Source: Laetmonice hystrix (taxonomy: Eukaryota). Taken from it: a stretch of DNA of 64,000 nt. The stretch lies in NCBI GenBank assembly GCA_965235115.1, contig OZ249436.1:55058001-55122000 (forward strand). The letters are read 5' to 3'. This document shows, one piece after another, positions 1 through 14,000 of the stretch (the stretch's first letter is position 1; every line of letters begins with the position of its first letter). The notes under the pieces are model-generated. The model ran no database searches. It was not told where the DNA came from and saw nothing but the letters and a program-made list of their open reading frames with translations. The position numbers were made by a program, and so were the translations under genes.

Positions 1-221
1 CAGCCGTACACATATTCCCGTCGTGAAAGGACTGGAAGTACGTCGCTCTTGTACACTCATATTGGACCATTTCAAGTTAAAGATATTTGCACCTACGATA
101 ATCTTTGCCCTCATTGTTACGTCGGCCATTTGACGCCAGAGGGCGTTATCGAAGTGAAGAGAGTAGATAGAGTGGGGGCTTTCAACTTGCAGTCAATATA
201 ATCTCCACAAACAACATTCAA

Positions 222-379
222 AGGGGCTGATTCCAGAGGTCCGACCCCCCCCCCCTCCCTTTTTTGCCACCGGGTTTGCTTCTTTTTTTCAGCTTTCCAT
301 TCTGGGCCCTCACCTTTGCCAGTGTTCCATGCATATTGGACTTCGCCCCCTGTTTTCCAAAACCCTGGATCCGCCTCTG
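222..379. mobile_element. Short poly-C-containing MITE-like element (AGGGGCTGATTCCAG...CTGGATCCGCCTCTG)
   Basis: Imperfect inverted termini of the CAG(T/G)GGCGGATCCAG type. Related termini recur at about 4047-4308, 5329 and 39380. Confidence 0.5.
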
Positions 380-1410
380 CATTCCGACGTTTTACCTCCT
401 CAATCAAAACCTATCCATAGAAATGCTATCAAATTACAGGGCAGTGAAGCATTTGACATTTCCCTTAGAAAGAATCAAGACAACTCAGACATGGAATCTT
501 AAAATCATATACATATGGAGTTGACAGCCCATTCGAATTGGGTTGGAAAAGACTAGTGAAATCATGGGCAGGACGAAGGGAGGGGGTTGCAGACAGACCT
601 ATAATTCCATTTATCACGCGACCACGCCTGACAGTGGGTGTGACAGGCCCTGAACGACTTCAATCCAATACCCAACCCCCGGCCGCAGCACACCCCGCCA
701 CCGTCATTTGTATTCCTCCGCCTGATGTGGCCCAGGTGAAGGATCCAGGGACCAAATACTCCCCCCCACCCCCACCCATGGCCCCAACCACCGCCTACCC
801 GCTGTCCACTGGTTTACTCGAAGATCAATACCATAAAATACCCCAAACCGTTCTCTGGCCACTGCCTTGACCCTTCCAATATCAGATCAGTATTATAATC
901 GGACAAAACTTTTCCCGATTATGTGCTCCAGCCACTATTTGAATCATGACTACCAGAAGTATTGGCGCGATAAGGATTTCATATTTCGCCAGATCTACAA
1001 ATGAAACTCGTTCAATCAGAAGACAAGTATTATGATAAGCAGGTCCATTGATCATCCTTGCATGCATACCTAGTGGCCATTGCTGTCACAGCTATAGCTA
1101 AACGTTGTTAAAAGGGCTTCTCGCTGACATGATAAAGTATGCTTTGTTTTAGGCCTAGACTGTGAATGCGATGGCCCTGACTGCCCTTTTAAAATCCCAA
1201 GGGTCCTCCCCCCGTGCGGGGATGGACACCACCGCCATGCCCTTCACACTCGTCTTTAAATCCGTAAATATTTCAACCTGTCACCAAAGATGTCACACCT
1301 AACAGATCCTGGGGGGTGGAGAGTCGTCTCCAGTCTGTGGTGACGGTATCAAAGTGAGGCCGCTGGGAGCGAACGCTGGACACGGACTTCCGTTTGACTC
1401 AGTGGCTCCC

Positions 1411-1525
1411 TGAACAAGGTGTTCCTCTGCGCCGACTTCCAAGATCTCTCTGAACAAGGTGTTCCTCTGCGCCGACTTCCAAGATCTCTCTAAACAAGGT
1501 GTTCCTCTGCGCCGACTTCCAAGAT
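1411..1525. repeat. 40-bp minisatellite, about 2.9 copies
   Basis: Unit tgaacaaggtgttcctctgcgccgacttccaagatctctc starts at 1411, 1451 and 1491. Confidence 0.95.
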
Positions 1526-3399
1526 ACCAACCACCAAATGGCCGGCACTTCACGGCGATTTGAGCTCCCATAATAGTTGTCTCCTAGGACCCTACATTTG
1601 TAAGGGCATTAAGAATTTGTCAGCTCTCCAACCAACCATGCTCAGTGACATGTTCAAATTACACATCGCCCGGGCCGGCTCAGGAGTTTCGTTTCGAATA
1701 TGCATGACCTTGATTTGCTCATTAAGAGGCATCCAACTGAGCTAATGCACTACGTATAAGGTTTTACCTTTGTGAGATAAGGCATCATGTGCATGGAAGT
1801 ATGGGCTTTCTCTCCGTCGTTACGGTATTGTTCACACCGTGTTACTCCTTACATTGTTTATGATCAGTCCAGCTCAGCTGGGATGTAAGCCAAGTTGAGC
1901 TCAGATCGACTCAGATCAGCTCAGATTTACTTTGGTGTTTTCCCTAAAGACAAAATCCCATAATCGCCGTACATAGCGAATTGTCGAGAACAAAATTCAG
2001 TAGACGCTCAGCATACAAAGCTCAACATGTATACAACATGAATTTTACATAGTTTTCTTTGACAAAATAACAGCTGTATCCAGAACAACAATGACAGGAC
2101 ACAATCATGTCATATATAAAAACAAGGCCATTCGTCACCGGGGACAACGCCACACAGACTGTGGCGGCGGCCCAGGGCACGGCAGGCTGTCGTCGGCGCG
2201 GGCTGCCGGACCGCAAGGCCACATCAACCAAGGGTACTGAATCTGAACTGATTTACATATAAATGATATATACGACGCGAAATGCAAATACTGGGATGTC
2301 ATGGAATTGTTGGTAGAAGAAGACGGATAGAAACAACAACAAAAAAGTGTAAATAATCACGTCCCGGCGACTAGGCCCCAAGACAGAGATGTAGTAGCAT
2401 ATTATTAATAACACTTTTTTTTATTATTTCAGAGTGATGTACCTATCCTGAAGTAGGGGATAGTCTAAGATCTTAGTGGGTAAAATATCTTTTATGGATC
2501 TTTACGAGTGGCAAAAGACAGGGAAATACAGGTCTGGGCACGAGTTGGGTTCATTGCCTGTACAGTCCAAATACATACGGGATCGATCGGTTATCTTAAT
2601 ATCTCAGCAACACTCCGTCTTCTGTCTCGTTTTCACATCCCTCTTGTTGGCACTACCAGCTGCTGGCACTGCCAGCTGCTGGCACTGCCAACTACCGGTG
2701 CTTCCAACTGTAGAGTCTCTGACTCGCACTATATACATACTGCTATAATTCGGGTGCAAAGAGCTTATAAGGTCATGCATGGACCATCAAAACAAACCCA
2801 ACGATAATCACAATCTCAGACTCAAAGAATGACTTTGAAACATAAAGAAAATCCATTTAATCAGTGGTGATCACGATTGAAACACAAACTTCTATCCTGT
2901 CTCCAATATTTATTTAAAATATCCCGATGTTCCTTGAAAATAACAATCAGGCCTACACTGTCACAAACACCTTAGCTCGACTCCACTAACATCAAGGGTT
3001 TCAGTAGAAACCTACTCTCTCAATCTGCCAATCACAAAATTAGTATGAAAGACCTTGAAGCCAGAACATTAAAGCGTTCCTAAAATCCTCTGTACTTGAG
3101 CCGTTCATCGTGGTCTTAACGTGCATGTAATTGTAAGCTCTTCACAACGGCTTACATCTACAGTGTTCTATTCCAGGGTGGTCATTTTGTGCCCTAGTTC
3201 AGACTGCCTTCGTGCCATACGACCCTGGAGCTGCAGAACCAAGGTGGACCTGATAACCGTTCTGTATTCACGCGCGATGACCCCCGGCGTGGGCCCAACC
3301 ACTTGAACCCCCCTCAAAGACAGCACCGCTGAATTTCAATGGACAAATGATAGTGAATACCAGGGGCCGTTGGCCGGGCCCATTCCATCTAGCTTAGAG

Positions 3400-3765
3400 A
3401 GAATATGCCTTGGCAGAGGCCGGCCTGCGAATACAGATCACCTGAGGGTGGGGAGGAAGCTACGGCTGCGTGGGCCAGCATTCAGCCTTCATTGAAGGTC
3501 AATCAAGGTCAATCCGATTTTGTAGAAGATTTAGAGTCCTCCAATGACAATGCTCCACTATATAATGTATTGGCATGTTCGTTGTAAGCAGAATCGTCCA
3601 GCACAAAGTGATGTATGGCTACAGGATGCGGATATGTGTAGGACAAAGCCAGGGGACTTCGACTCTATCGAAATGTGGTCCCATACGCTGACCAACATCC
3701 ATGGGTATAGGCCTGACAACATCATAAATTCTGACGAACAAGATGATGCAGCGCAGCAGATTTAG
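3400..3765 (+). mobile_element. Possible decayed pogo/Tigger-like transposase fragment
   Basis: The plus-strand peptide HGYRPDNIINSDE resembles the YxxxxIxNxDET motif at the start of the pogo-type DDE domain. It is preceded in another frame by RFCRRF, which resembles the end of the CENP-B-type HTH. Short and degenerate. Confidence 0.3.
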
Positions 3766-4046
3766 CCCCAAACCTGTTTGACTTCTGTAGCACCATACAG
3801 ACACCGGAAAACAAATGACATGGTTGGCCCTGACCACTGATTAACATCATGACTTTCCGAGACATCTTTGACATTCCTAACCATCCCTAACCAATACCAC
3901 CATCCTCTATATGTCAGGAGACAAATCACCTCGCCAACATGTTCTGACGATCTCATTCTGACAACCCATGAATACGGAGCTGCCCCAGGGATGGCTTCTG
4001 CTTCGCCTTGCTCTTGACGGATAACCATGGACCCCCCCCCCCCCTC

Positions 4047-4308
4047 CATTAGCGTATCCAGGGGGGTTTCCATGTATCCCGGACCCCTTCTCCTTGAAAA
4101 AATTACTATATTAAGGACATTTTTGTAAAACAGGAGTGTAAAAAGTGCATTATTTTAACCAAAAGAAATCTTCATATTTTCAAACAAAACGTTCTGGGAC
4201 TGCATTATTTATTCGATGTCTTTTTCCCCAGAGGAGCATGGCCTAAGGCCATCGCTGAAGTACCTAAACTTAGGAAACCCCCCTTAACCAATTTCTGAAT
4301 ACGCCCCT
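4047..4308. mobile_element. MITE-like element of the CAGGGGCG(G/T)AT(T/C)CAG terminus family
   Basis: The left end cattagcgtatccagg and right end ctgaatacgcccctg are imperfect inverted repeats around a G/C-run-rich interior. Confidence 0.45.
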
Positions 4309-4801
4309 GCCCTTCATCACTGGCACAGTTAGACTGACCTCCAGAAACGCACACCAGACACTTCGGTCCGATGACTGAGGTACCCCATTCTCGGTTTGGG
4401 GCTCTATACCCAGGCATAACTCTTAAACGACATTCTGGCCTTGTATTTACATGCATTGACGAGTACGTTACGTGTTTGAGTCATAGTTGGTATATGGGTT
4501 TCATGCGCAAATGAACCGCACAGTGCACCACAACACCACGAGTCCACTTCTATTAGTTACAGATCTAAGCTATAGTCAGTTCCCCGCTTCTCTCCGGACA
4601 AGGGTTAGAGACTTCATTATAGCATCCCACACAACCATGACCGATCGAGTAGTGCCAAGTGTTCTAAATCATGTATGAAATACAATTTGAGGAACTTGCC
4701 TTCACTAGAACCTAGTCTGTTACTTCCAATCGACGTTTGCAATGGCACCATTTTGTTTACCTCTCTTCAGTCACGGAGGACCAGGGCCAGTTTTTTTTGT
4801 T

Positions 4802-4931
4802 GGGTGAGCAAGGCTTAGATAGGCTGAGCAAGGCTGAGAGTAAGGCTGAGCAAGGCGGGGTGAGCAAGGCTGAGATGGGGTGAGCAAGGCTGAGATGGGG
4901 TGAGCAAGGCTGAGATGGGGTGAGCAAGGCT
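4802..4931. repeat. About 20-bp minisatellite (gggtgagcaaggctgagatg)
   Basis: About 6 degenerate to perfect copies are directly visible. Confidence 0.9.
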
Positions 4932-6809
4932 CAAGGTAAAGTACATTTGGCATGCTGAGTGAGGTGTTCCTGTGGCACCACTCTCCGAGAAGAGAGCATC
5001 GCTCACACGCTGTACCGGGACACATGCTCAGTAAGCGGAGGTTCTCTGACGGGAGTTAATTGGAACGGCACGATGCGGCTTTAACCAATCAGAGGCGGCC
5101 GGCAGTGGGGGGGGGGTCAAATGTATGACGTCACCAGACGCTCTGCAACGTCACAGCCAAGGCCATACGGCGTCGGCATTATCTTAGTAGGCCGCCTTGC
5201 CTGCCACAGGAGGCCCTGACACCGCGGGCTCGTCTTATTGTTGGCCTTTTCGTAACAATTCCACACCGGGAGTTTATTATTCACGGCGAATGTCCTTTTC
5301 GCGCTTTCAAGAGAAAATATATGGTAAACAGTGGCGATCCAGGATTTCAAGAAAGCGGGGGGGGGGCACCTTTTGGTGGATAATCGGTTTTCTACACGTG
5401 GAGACGTGTTTTCTGCACATATAGAGAAGAAATTTCTGCGAAATCTTTCAACAAAGAGTTTAGAAAATAGGGGACGCCGGGTCGGGTGCCTTATAACATT
5501 AGCGACAGCACTGGATAGGAATTCTGAGTCAAGTCAAGACATTTACCAAGGGAAATACCTCATGGTAGCTTGACAATGGCAATGGAATTATTTTCTAAAA
5601 TATTTCGCCCAAAAACGAGGTGAGCGGATTATAGGGATAATAAATGATGGGAACATTATCCTGCGGGACGACCCTTCGTGTTGACGGCTCCGAGCCATTG
5701 GAAGCCGGCAGCTGAGCGCTGAGCGATACATGCTCCTTCCCTATCGTCTGTAATGTTGGTGATAGCTGCTCCAGGGACAATACTCAAACAGTGCGCATCA
5801 GTATGGAAACAGCACGCGTCCCGCTCAGATTTATTTTATCTCCATTGTGCCATGCAGCCGAAGAATGTAATTTCGGCGGGCATCAGCAACCGGCAACATT
5901 GTCATGTACTAATTATAAACGTCCCTAATAGATTCTGCTCCACAAGACTGTACATTGTACAATATCTCCACAGCGCCTGATTCTCTGATGGCTCTGACAT
6001 TATAGAAGTGTATCTTGGCTAACACCCCTGCCCCAAGATTTTATTTCCAAAGCTCCCAGTTTGTAATAGGTCGATTCTTCACCATGTATCGTTGCTCTGG
6101 TTGAATAGGGCATTCTGGGTGTCAAGTCATTTAACCAGAGTGTGACGATCTGTTTCCCCAATATGCAGCAGTAGAGGCCCTAGCCAACCAGACCAGCCTG
6201 GGATTGGCCGCTCTTTCTCGTGGCGCGACTCGATGGCTGGCTGGCTAGCTGGCTGGCAGGCAGCGCACAAAGGCAGTGGAGACTACTAGCCTGGCCAGCA
6301 GTGGGCGATCCATCAGTGGCTAGGACTGGACACGGATTGGGAGGGGGTAGGCTTGAGCCACCATCATCTACCTCAGGTCAACTCACATTGGTTGTCAGTG
6401 CAAAGACCCAGTGGCATCTATTGCCAACACCGCCGTATGACAGGAGAATAGTCCCAGTTGTTTTCCCCAGGGTTTATAGTGCTACGACCATTCTCATCGC
6501 CACGTCAATGTTTATAATGTTTCATAGCTGGTCCCTAGCTTGCGGTAAAATATATATTAGTGCAATCTGTCTATACAGATGTACATAATGAGAAAAAATG
6601 GGCAAAAATGGTTTGATTTGTCTGGGGTCCAACAGAGATATCTCTAGATTGTTAATACACGTAGAAAATATCATAGATCTGACATTTTCTGGTGATGGAA
6701 GCTGCCGGAAGGCCTTCCTCTAAGAACATGGGGTTTCAATATATATGCAGCATGTACAGTATTATGGTATTTACGATCATACCTGACACACTACTCCTTC
6801 CAGCCTCCT

Positions 6810-7150
6810 CACGAGAGATTGGCCTTATAGAGTTTAGCATACACATTTGAATATACTATAGTCTTCGCTGCCTGAACCAGCTGGATTAGAATACCATCCC
6901 ACGTAACCTGCCCACCATGGTACACTACATTGAGGAGCATACCGAAATGATCACAACTCCACCTAATGTAATGCAGATGAAATGTCCGGGGAACGTGTGT
7001 GGTTATTGTTACGAATTGCAAAGAACACCAGAAGTTATTCCCATGCCAGTAATGGACCGACAGTAATCTAGTAGAAAATCGTATTGGAGTACAGTGCAGA
7101 TCTAAATAAGACTGAAGCAGTTCTCAATGGGGTGATTAGGGAAGAGGAGT
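6810..7150 (-). mobile_element. Possible further, highly decayed Academ-like transposase fragment
   Basis: Fragments FPGHFICITLGG and GQVTWDGILIQLVQA...AKLYKAN loosely resemble xxLGGxH ... GSGWxxALVQA...FLKA. Weak. Confidence 0.25.
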
Positions 7151-9991
7151 GATGTTGTGTGAAGGCTTAAAGGTAGCGTAGCAGTAGGGCCTGTCAAAGC
7201 TTCCAACGCTTAATACCTCTGCTGGCCCAGACTGTCAATGTACTGCTGCAGCTAGCTGCAGATGCTGCCTTCATTCAGTACTGAGCGAGGTGCCTGGATA
7301 TGCCACCAACATACTCTCCTGCAGCAGAAACCTAATGGCTTGGGCATGCCACAAACATCGGAGCCTGCAGCGCCGGACAAGCAGACTGCTTCGAAATACA
7401 ATAAACTCCGGTAGCATAAAGCCTTCCGAGTGTTGCTGCCACAAACATTCACTCCAATATTAAGCCATCTGAATTTGAATGTGCAGAAGACAGTTAATTT
7501 TTCGAAAAAGCCACTTAGTTGTGGTATGCCACAAACATCCGGACACTCATATCAATTAGCGCTAAGCCATCTGAAAATTTTCACAAGCCACAAATAGTGA
7601 CTCTTGCAGCACGAAGCCATCTTAAAGGAATCTTGTCAACCTGGTTGAACGTTCCGGGAAGCCAGTTTGGCCTGGTTTCACGCTTACTTCGTCAAAATCT
7701 ATGCACCTTCTGTCCCGAGGATACTTCCTAGGTTTATTATACGTATGTATTGTAAACAGACAGCAGCGAAATGCACTGTCACCTTCATATTCCACATTTC
7801 TTGTCGGGAACACTCAAAAACAACGCTGCTTTCCGCCATCGGGAATGTCTGACCTGCAGACATAGCGTTCTGTGAAAAGAGTGTAAAGCCCCCGGCTAAA
7901 ACTCTATCGCATAGGTGGGCTGCAGGTCTAGGAAAAGGCGCACGTCATTCCAAATTTGCTATTTTTAAATTTTTAAATTCACGAAATCCAATCAGGCAAG
8001 TAGGCAGTGCTATATGAAACATAATTACCAGACTATATAGAAGCAGTATTTTCGCCAATTTATAAAATGTATATGAAATAATTGGAACTAAACCTTTAAG
8101 GTACATACTATTACTAACCCCAACTACTGTAACGTGTGCTCGGCTGACCGGGGCATGCCACAAACATATTTTCTCAAGCAGGAGTCCATCTGAATGGGAC
8201 ATGCCACAAACACATGCTTCGACGGCTGCAGCCACACAATGACATCTCATTGCGCATGCTCCCTTTCCCAGGTCTCTCTTGGCATAGCACTGATCCTTGC
8301 CAGCAAGACAAACAACCTTTATTTAAGGTGCGACTGCCACATTGCAGCCTACAACTGCCTATACCGGCACTCGACCTCCCTCCCCGTCGAACTCGTCCTA
8401 TAACAATGTCGGGGCACGAGGTCACCTGTTTAGGGCGGGCCCCGTGTGGCATGGCAGGGTGACCGGGGCCTATAGGGACTTCACCCGGCAAACAATAATA
8501 TGACGTCCGTCCGAGCCGTAGAAAATTGTGTCCCAGGTCAGATTCACACTGAGGAGTTCCCCCAGGTAATAGAGTCAGTGGTGATGAGTTGTATGTAAAC
8601 ACACCGGGGTAACTTAGCACAGATGGGCGGGCGAGTTACCTCGGCCAGAAGGTTGCCCCCGGTGGAAGTTGCTCCGGAGCAGCAGTGAGAACCTGACCTG
8701 AGATTGGCGACCGGGACAGACGGCCGCATGTATCTCCAGGGTAGCGGTGTCAATGAACTATTGCCGGGCAATCGGACAACACAGTGTATTCATCACCTTG
8801 CCACGTGGTGAATCAAATCAAAATCCGTTGTCATCCTTGCAAGATAGAAAAATATAACATGAATATCTCGGAATGCAACGGACGTGAAATTCCATTAAAA
8901 GAAGCCCTATTGGCATACTAGCTGATTACAATAGATGATCTGAGATCCATTATTGGTGTCATTACTGCTGCCTGTATGAGACGTATCTCTGTAACCGGGA
9001 TAGAAGCCAGACGATGGACAGATAAGGATCCAATGGTACAGCAGTACACTGGGGACATCCTGATGATATGAAATGACTCGGTCAGGGGAAACATCCAATA
9101 CTGACTCTCCCATTAGTCTGACCATTTTATATTATCAGACAACAATATTATAACATCAGAATCAGTTTGTATAGGATGCTGTTAGAACGTCTGACCAGCA
9201 CCAGACACACAGTTGTATAACATTACGGCATTATAAAAACATCAAACGAACATCTTTTTTAGGACACCACGCCGTAAATACACAATCTTCACATGTCCAG
9301 AGCCAACCACCATCTCGCATTACAATAAAATTACATATTTCACCTGAGTTGTTCACTAGGCAAACTGTGCATCTTGCTCAATAGAGTTACACAGAAAAGA
9401 ACCCCCACACTTGCTACAAAATTTAATAATTGGCACGAGATTGCAGCACCGCACGTACCTCATTACTGTGAATAACAATATTCAATCAAAATATCATTAT
9501 AATTAAACAGACTAATGAAAGATCCGTTTTGAGATATATAAATATTGCAGTATTAGAAATCAACACAAGGGAAACCCTTTCACTGGAATCTGATTTGCCA
9601 GAAATGTAATAAAGGAAAGCCATTATATAACATGTAAGTTCTGATTGGACAATGGTTATCTCAATTTTCCAATAATGTAGGATTGGAACCGAGGTACCGG
9701 GGGTACACTAATTGTGATGAACCAATTTCCTAGTTCAGCGCCTCACGACCACCGGTTTCCCTACGTCAATCAATCTAAGAATTCCACAGGTTTTAAACAC
9801 CGACCAGTTCATACCACCCAGGAACCAATCAAGGTTTCATAGCCAGACCCATAGTTCAGTGTTTCAAGGTCCCGATTTCTTATTCGCAGTCTTCCAAAAC
9901 TATGTAGACATACAATAAGGCAATAATTTTGGTTTTAAATTATTATGCATTAACACACTGGCGGGCCTGGACTCTTAACCGGACGTGATCT

Positions 9992-10110
9992 GGGACCTTA
10001 TTCACAAAGCACAGGCAAGACTTACGTGACCGCAAAACTATTATCCTCCCGCTGTTTAATAATAGTTTGCAGGTCCGCAAGTCTCGCGTGGGCTTTGTGA
10101 ATAAGGTCCC
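9992..10110. mobile_element. 119-bp fold-back MITE
   Basis: Perfect 19-bp terminal inverted repeat gggaccttattcacaaagc / gctttgtgaataaggtccc, with imperfect pairing continuing inward (aaactattat / ataatagttt). Confidence 0.8.
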
Positions 10111-10959
10111 ACGCCACCACTATAATGGCTGACCCTCGGCCACCCCGGATGTTATCCGATCCATAGTGACGGCGCATGTGTCAATACCGGACATCTTCTA
10201 CTAAACGACCTCACTTCGACTGGCGGCCGACCGGGAAGGACGCACAAAAGTTCACCCACCCACCTACGCCCTTTTTATTCTTTTTTTATAAATTTGTTAT
10301 TAACATCAAAGAAAATCGAGAATGGACGAGGCGAAGCCGGGTCCATTATCACTTCTCGGAGTCCCGTAAACTGTATAGTGGACGAGCTGCCATCCAACAT
10401 TTGCTATATTATACACCTGTATATAAGGAAAATATTGATAATCCATCGTCCTGCAATTCTCTGTGCGACGTTGCTTCTACTTTGACGTAGTTTCTATTGT
10501 TTCCAGAGCAACCCGACCCATATCGTATTTTCGGGACGGCCACGTGGTACAAATGGACCAATCAGATTCCTCCAAACTGATTAAACATGTATTTTATCAG
10601 GCTTCTGTTTTGTTCATGTCCATCCCATTACAGGAGCCATGGGCAAGGTGTTTGTAATACTATCTGACATGAGACTTGGTCCGCTAACCCCTAGGATTAT
10701 AGAAAAGCTTTTTAGGAAAATGTCCATTCCTCAAAATATCGAACTCTTATACAGCTCCTCCTGTTAAATGTCAAGGGTAACAACAGACAGTTACCGAAAT
10801 TAATTGATTTGCATATATAGGCCGGTTTTTTTCTCTGAAACTCCAACATTACAATGAGCGATCCAAGACATTTGAGCTATACGGACTATTTATCACGTTA
10901 CTTGTGAAAGATGCGCCAGGTGAAAGTCTGAACTGCAGCTATAAAACATAACATCCAAC

Positions 10960-11083
10960 CCGGGCAACCAGAACGCCGCATAATGCGGGGGTCAGCCGGG
11001 CAACCAGAACGCCGCATAATGCGGGGGTCACACAGTGCCGGGCAACCCGAACGCCGCACAATGCGGGGGTCACACAGTGCCGA
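10960..11083. repeat. 36-42 bp tandem repeat, 3 copies
   Basis: ccgggcaacc(a/c)gaacgccgca(t/c)aatgcgggggtca starts at 10960, 10996 and 11038. Confidence 0.9.
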
Positions 11084-14000
11084 TTATGGTTCCCATTTGA
11101 GATCAGACAGCGCTACGACACGAACAGTGAAAAAGTCGGATTACTATCCTCAATGATCTGGAATGTCCTATCCTTGTCTGAACGCAGTCGTATACGTTCG
11201 TAACAGAGTCCTAAGGATCAGGAATGGTCCGGAGAGGTCGGCCAAGCACTCCCGACAGGCATGTGCGTCCCGGAACATTCGGGAAACTCAGCCGATTTTG
11301 TCTAGTCGGATTACAATCGTGACTATGTCGTGACAGATTCTGCTGTATCTGATTGAGAATGAGTGGGTGGACAGACTGCGACACCGGCTAGATGGATGAT
11401 AGGATGTGGGGATGGAAATAGTGGCAAATATCTCCAAATCTTACAAGGAAAAGTTTTTATAAAATGATTCTTATTCCTACCCCCCCCCCCCCCCTTCCTC
11501 CCTTCCCCCCTTTTGATAGAGAAAAGGACTTCGATCAACTTTACCTCACAACCCGTCGCAGCACCGCCTCGTGGCAGAAAAGGGCATTTATTCACGGCAT
11601 CATAAGCACCCCCTGGTGACGAACAGGTGCAACATTTCAAACGCTCCGACACTGGCGTGACAATAATTACCTCAGACCTGGGACTAAACAGTCAAATCTA
11701 TTATCGGTCCATAGGAGGATTTCCTTTTCCTCCATTTAGTAACCAAACAATCCCCACAACACTCCTGATCACAAAGAACAAAATTAATTCCATCCCTCTT
11801 GTGAAAGACAGAGATGAAATAATACAACTTACTTTTCTTTCTCCGAAAAGGCGAAGGCGTTTTAAGTAGTTTTCCTCGCTCAGCACTTTTACTCCGGTAA
11901 CGGACTTGACCTGGGATGAGCATTGATCCTGAAGTACACACCATAAATAACGATTAACCAAACGTAAAGATATTGTTTATCCGATCCTCACTGTAATAAT
12001 GATCAATGTGTGGAATATACTGTCGTTCTCTTCTCACAGCCAAAAGTATGATAGGGATGGACGTTAAAATGGACTTAAGTCTTTATCATGCATGGAGTAT
12101 GTACAATATACAGATTTATGGAAATGCAAGGGGACATTAAACCCACTGAATGACTGTTTCAGATATTTAAATGTCTACACTTATTTCATAATGTTCCCTT
12201 ACTCAATTACATTTACATAGAAAATCTGTATCTTAAAGTTATCAATCAATATTATTTTGTACATGTGCATGAGTTACTGTAAATAACGACTCACTAGAAA
12301 CCTCGCCAAGTTTCTAGAATGCCGATCTATAGAATGGTCATAGGGATCCCCACATACCCTGACCATGACGGACTGGTTCACCAACTTTATATCTTCCAAA
12401 TCAAATTTTCAAATCAATTATCATAATATATCTGCCGGCGGTACGACACAGAACAAAAAACGCTGAACAACAACCAATAGCTAGTTTTCCAATCCTACAA
12501 ATGATTTGCTCCCCTTTCGTTGTAATATTACAGTCGGCACGAGTTTAGGTTAGTAACATTACACTAGACCTATACTATTACTGGAGTTTCAAATTCCGGG
12601 CTTTGCCAGATTGACGTCTGCTATCGGTTTCAGGGGTTGCACTATTTGAAACCCATGATAATCGTTGTACAAGTCGTTCTACAAGACTAAACATGTTCTA
12701 CCACCAGTTTCAGGTGCATGAAGTCGCACTCGGCGGGCCATCAGTGGCTGAGGTCATCCCGGCCCATTCAGTGAGAGAGCTCCCTGAGGTCGTGTCTACT
12801 GACGAGTATGTCCGCCAGGGGTCTCTGCCGTCCACTCCATGCGCTCACTAACATCCCCCTCCTCCATCACTACTACCTCCACCTCCTCCTGTATAGTCAG
12901 TCCCTCCAGGGCCCAGTCAGCTTCTTGTATGCCCAGCAGGAGGCGCTGATGGTCGTGCCTTTGGGCCGGCTAATGCGTGCACCTGGGTTCAGGGGGCGCT
13001 CTGTCACGGCCGACCTGGGCAGGATCACATCAATGACTATCAATGGCTCACAGCCGGGGGTGGAGGTCAGCAACTCCAACACGCTTACGGAGATCAACAG
13101 GAGAGAGAGAGAGAGCGGGGGTAGATCTATCTGTAATGTCAGATACTTTGCCGAAGCCACTTTCAGGCCAAGTAACCCAGCCGGTTTGAGGAAGCCTGCC
13201 AGCACTCGCTTCTAACGCCAGGCGGCAGCACTGTCGACCAGTCATCGGCGCTGTAAGGAGACTAATCACTTGAGCAAGGTCCCTTGTACCAATAAACGTA
13301 GATCCGGGGGACGGGGCGCTGCACCATTCCACAGAGAATGTGGAGGGAAGGTAATCATCCCATATAGAAATAGTGACAGTTGAGACCAGTTGAGACCAGT
13401 TGAGTGGTAACAGTGAATCTACAGCCTAGATACGTACGGCTCTATTCAGATTTTTACAATTGTAAATATATTTTCACTACAAATATCTCTCTTAAATGAC
13501 TACCAGAGTTTTTAGAAAGAAAAGTTTGATTACTCTAAGTTATGACGTCATAATATTCCGGTGAGTTTCGACATACCCACCCACCCCCGTACAGATCTAC
13601 GCCAGTGCAGGTCTACCACGTGATAAACCAGATTATCAACATTTTCATCACGATTTTAACTGGAAATTTCAGTCATTATTTACTAGTCACATAATGCGAT
13701 GTTTATCGTGCAGTTGGCGCATGCATTATGCACTTTACTGGCAGCCATAAATGCAAGTAGTTTTCATGTAAATATATGAACCTGGAAATCACTACTGCCA
13801 ACAGATTTAAACGCCAATTTATACCCCATTCCCAATGCGTTTTTATGTGATTTTAGCACCATTGGTGGCAATCATCGAATCAGGACATTCACGAAACACT
13901 CGCGCAAGTTGTTCTCGATGAAAGCTGCATCGAATCTCTTTCTCTTGGCTTTTTTGCTTCCTTTGAAACAGTTTTAATTATAGCTTATCTAAAATCCATT

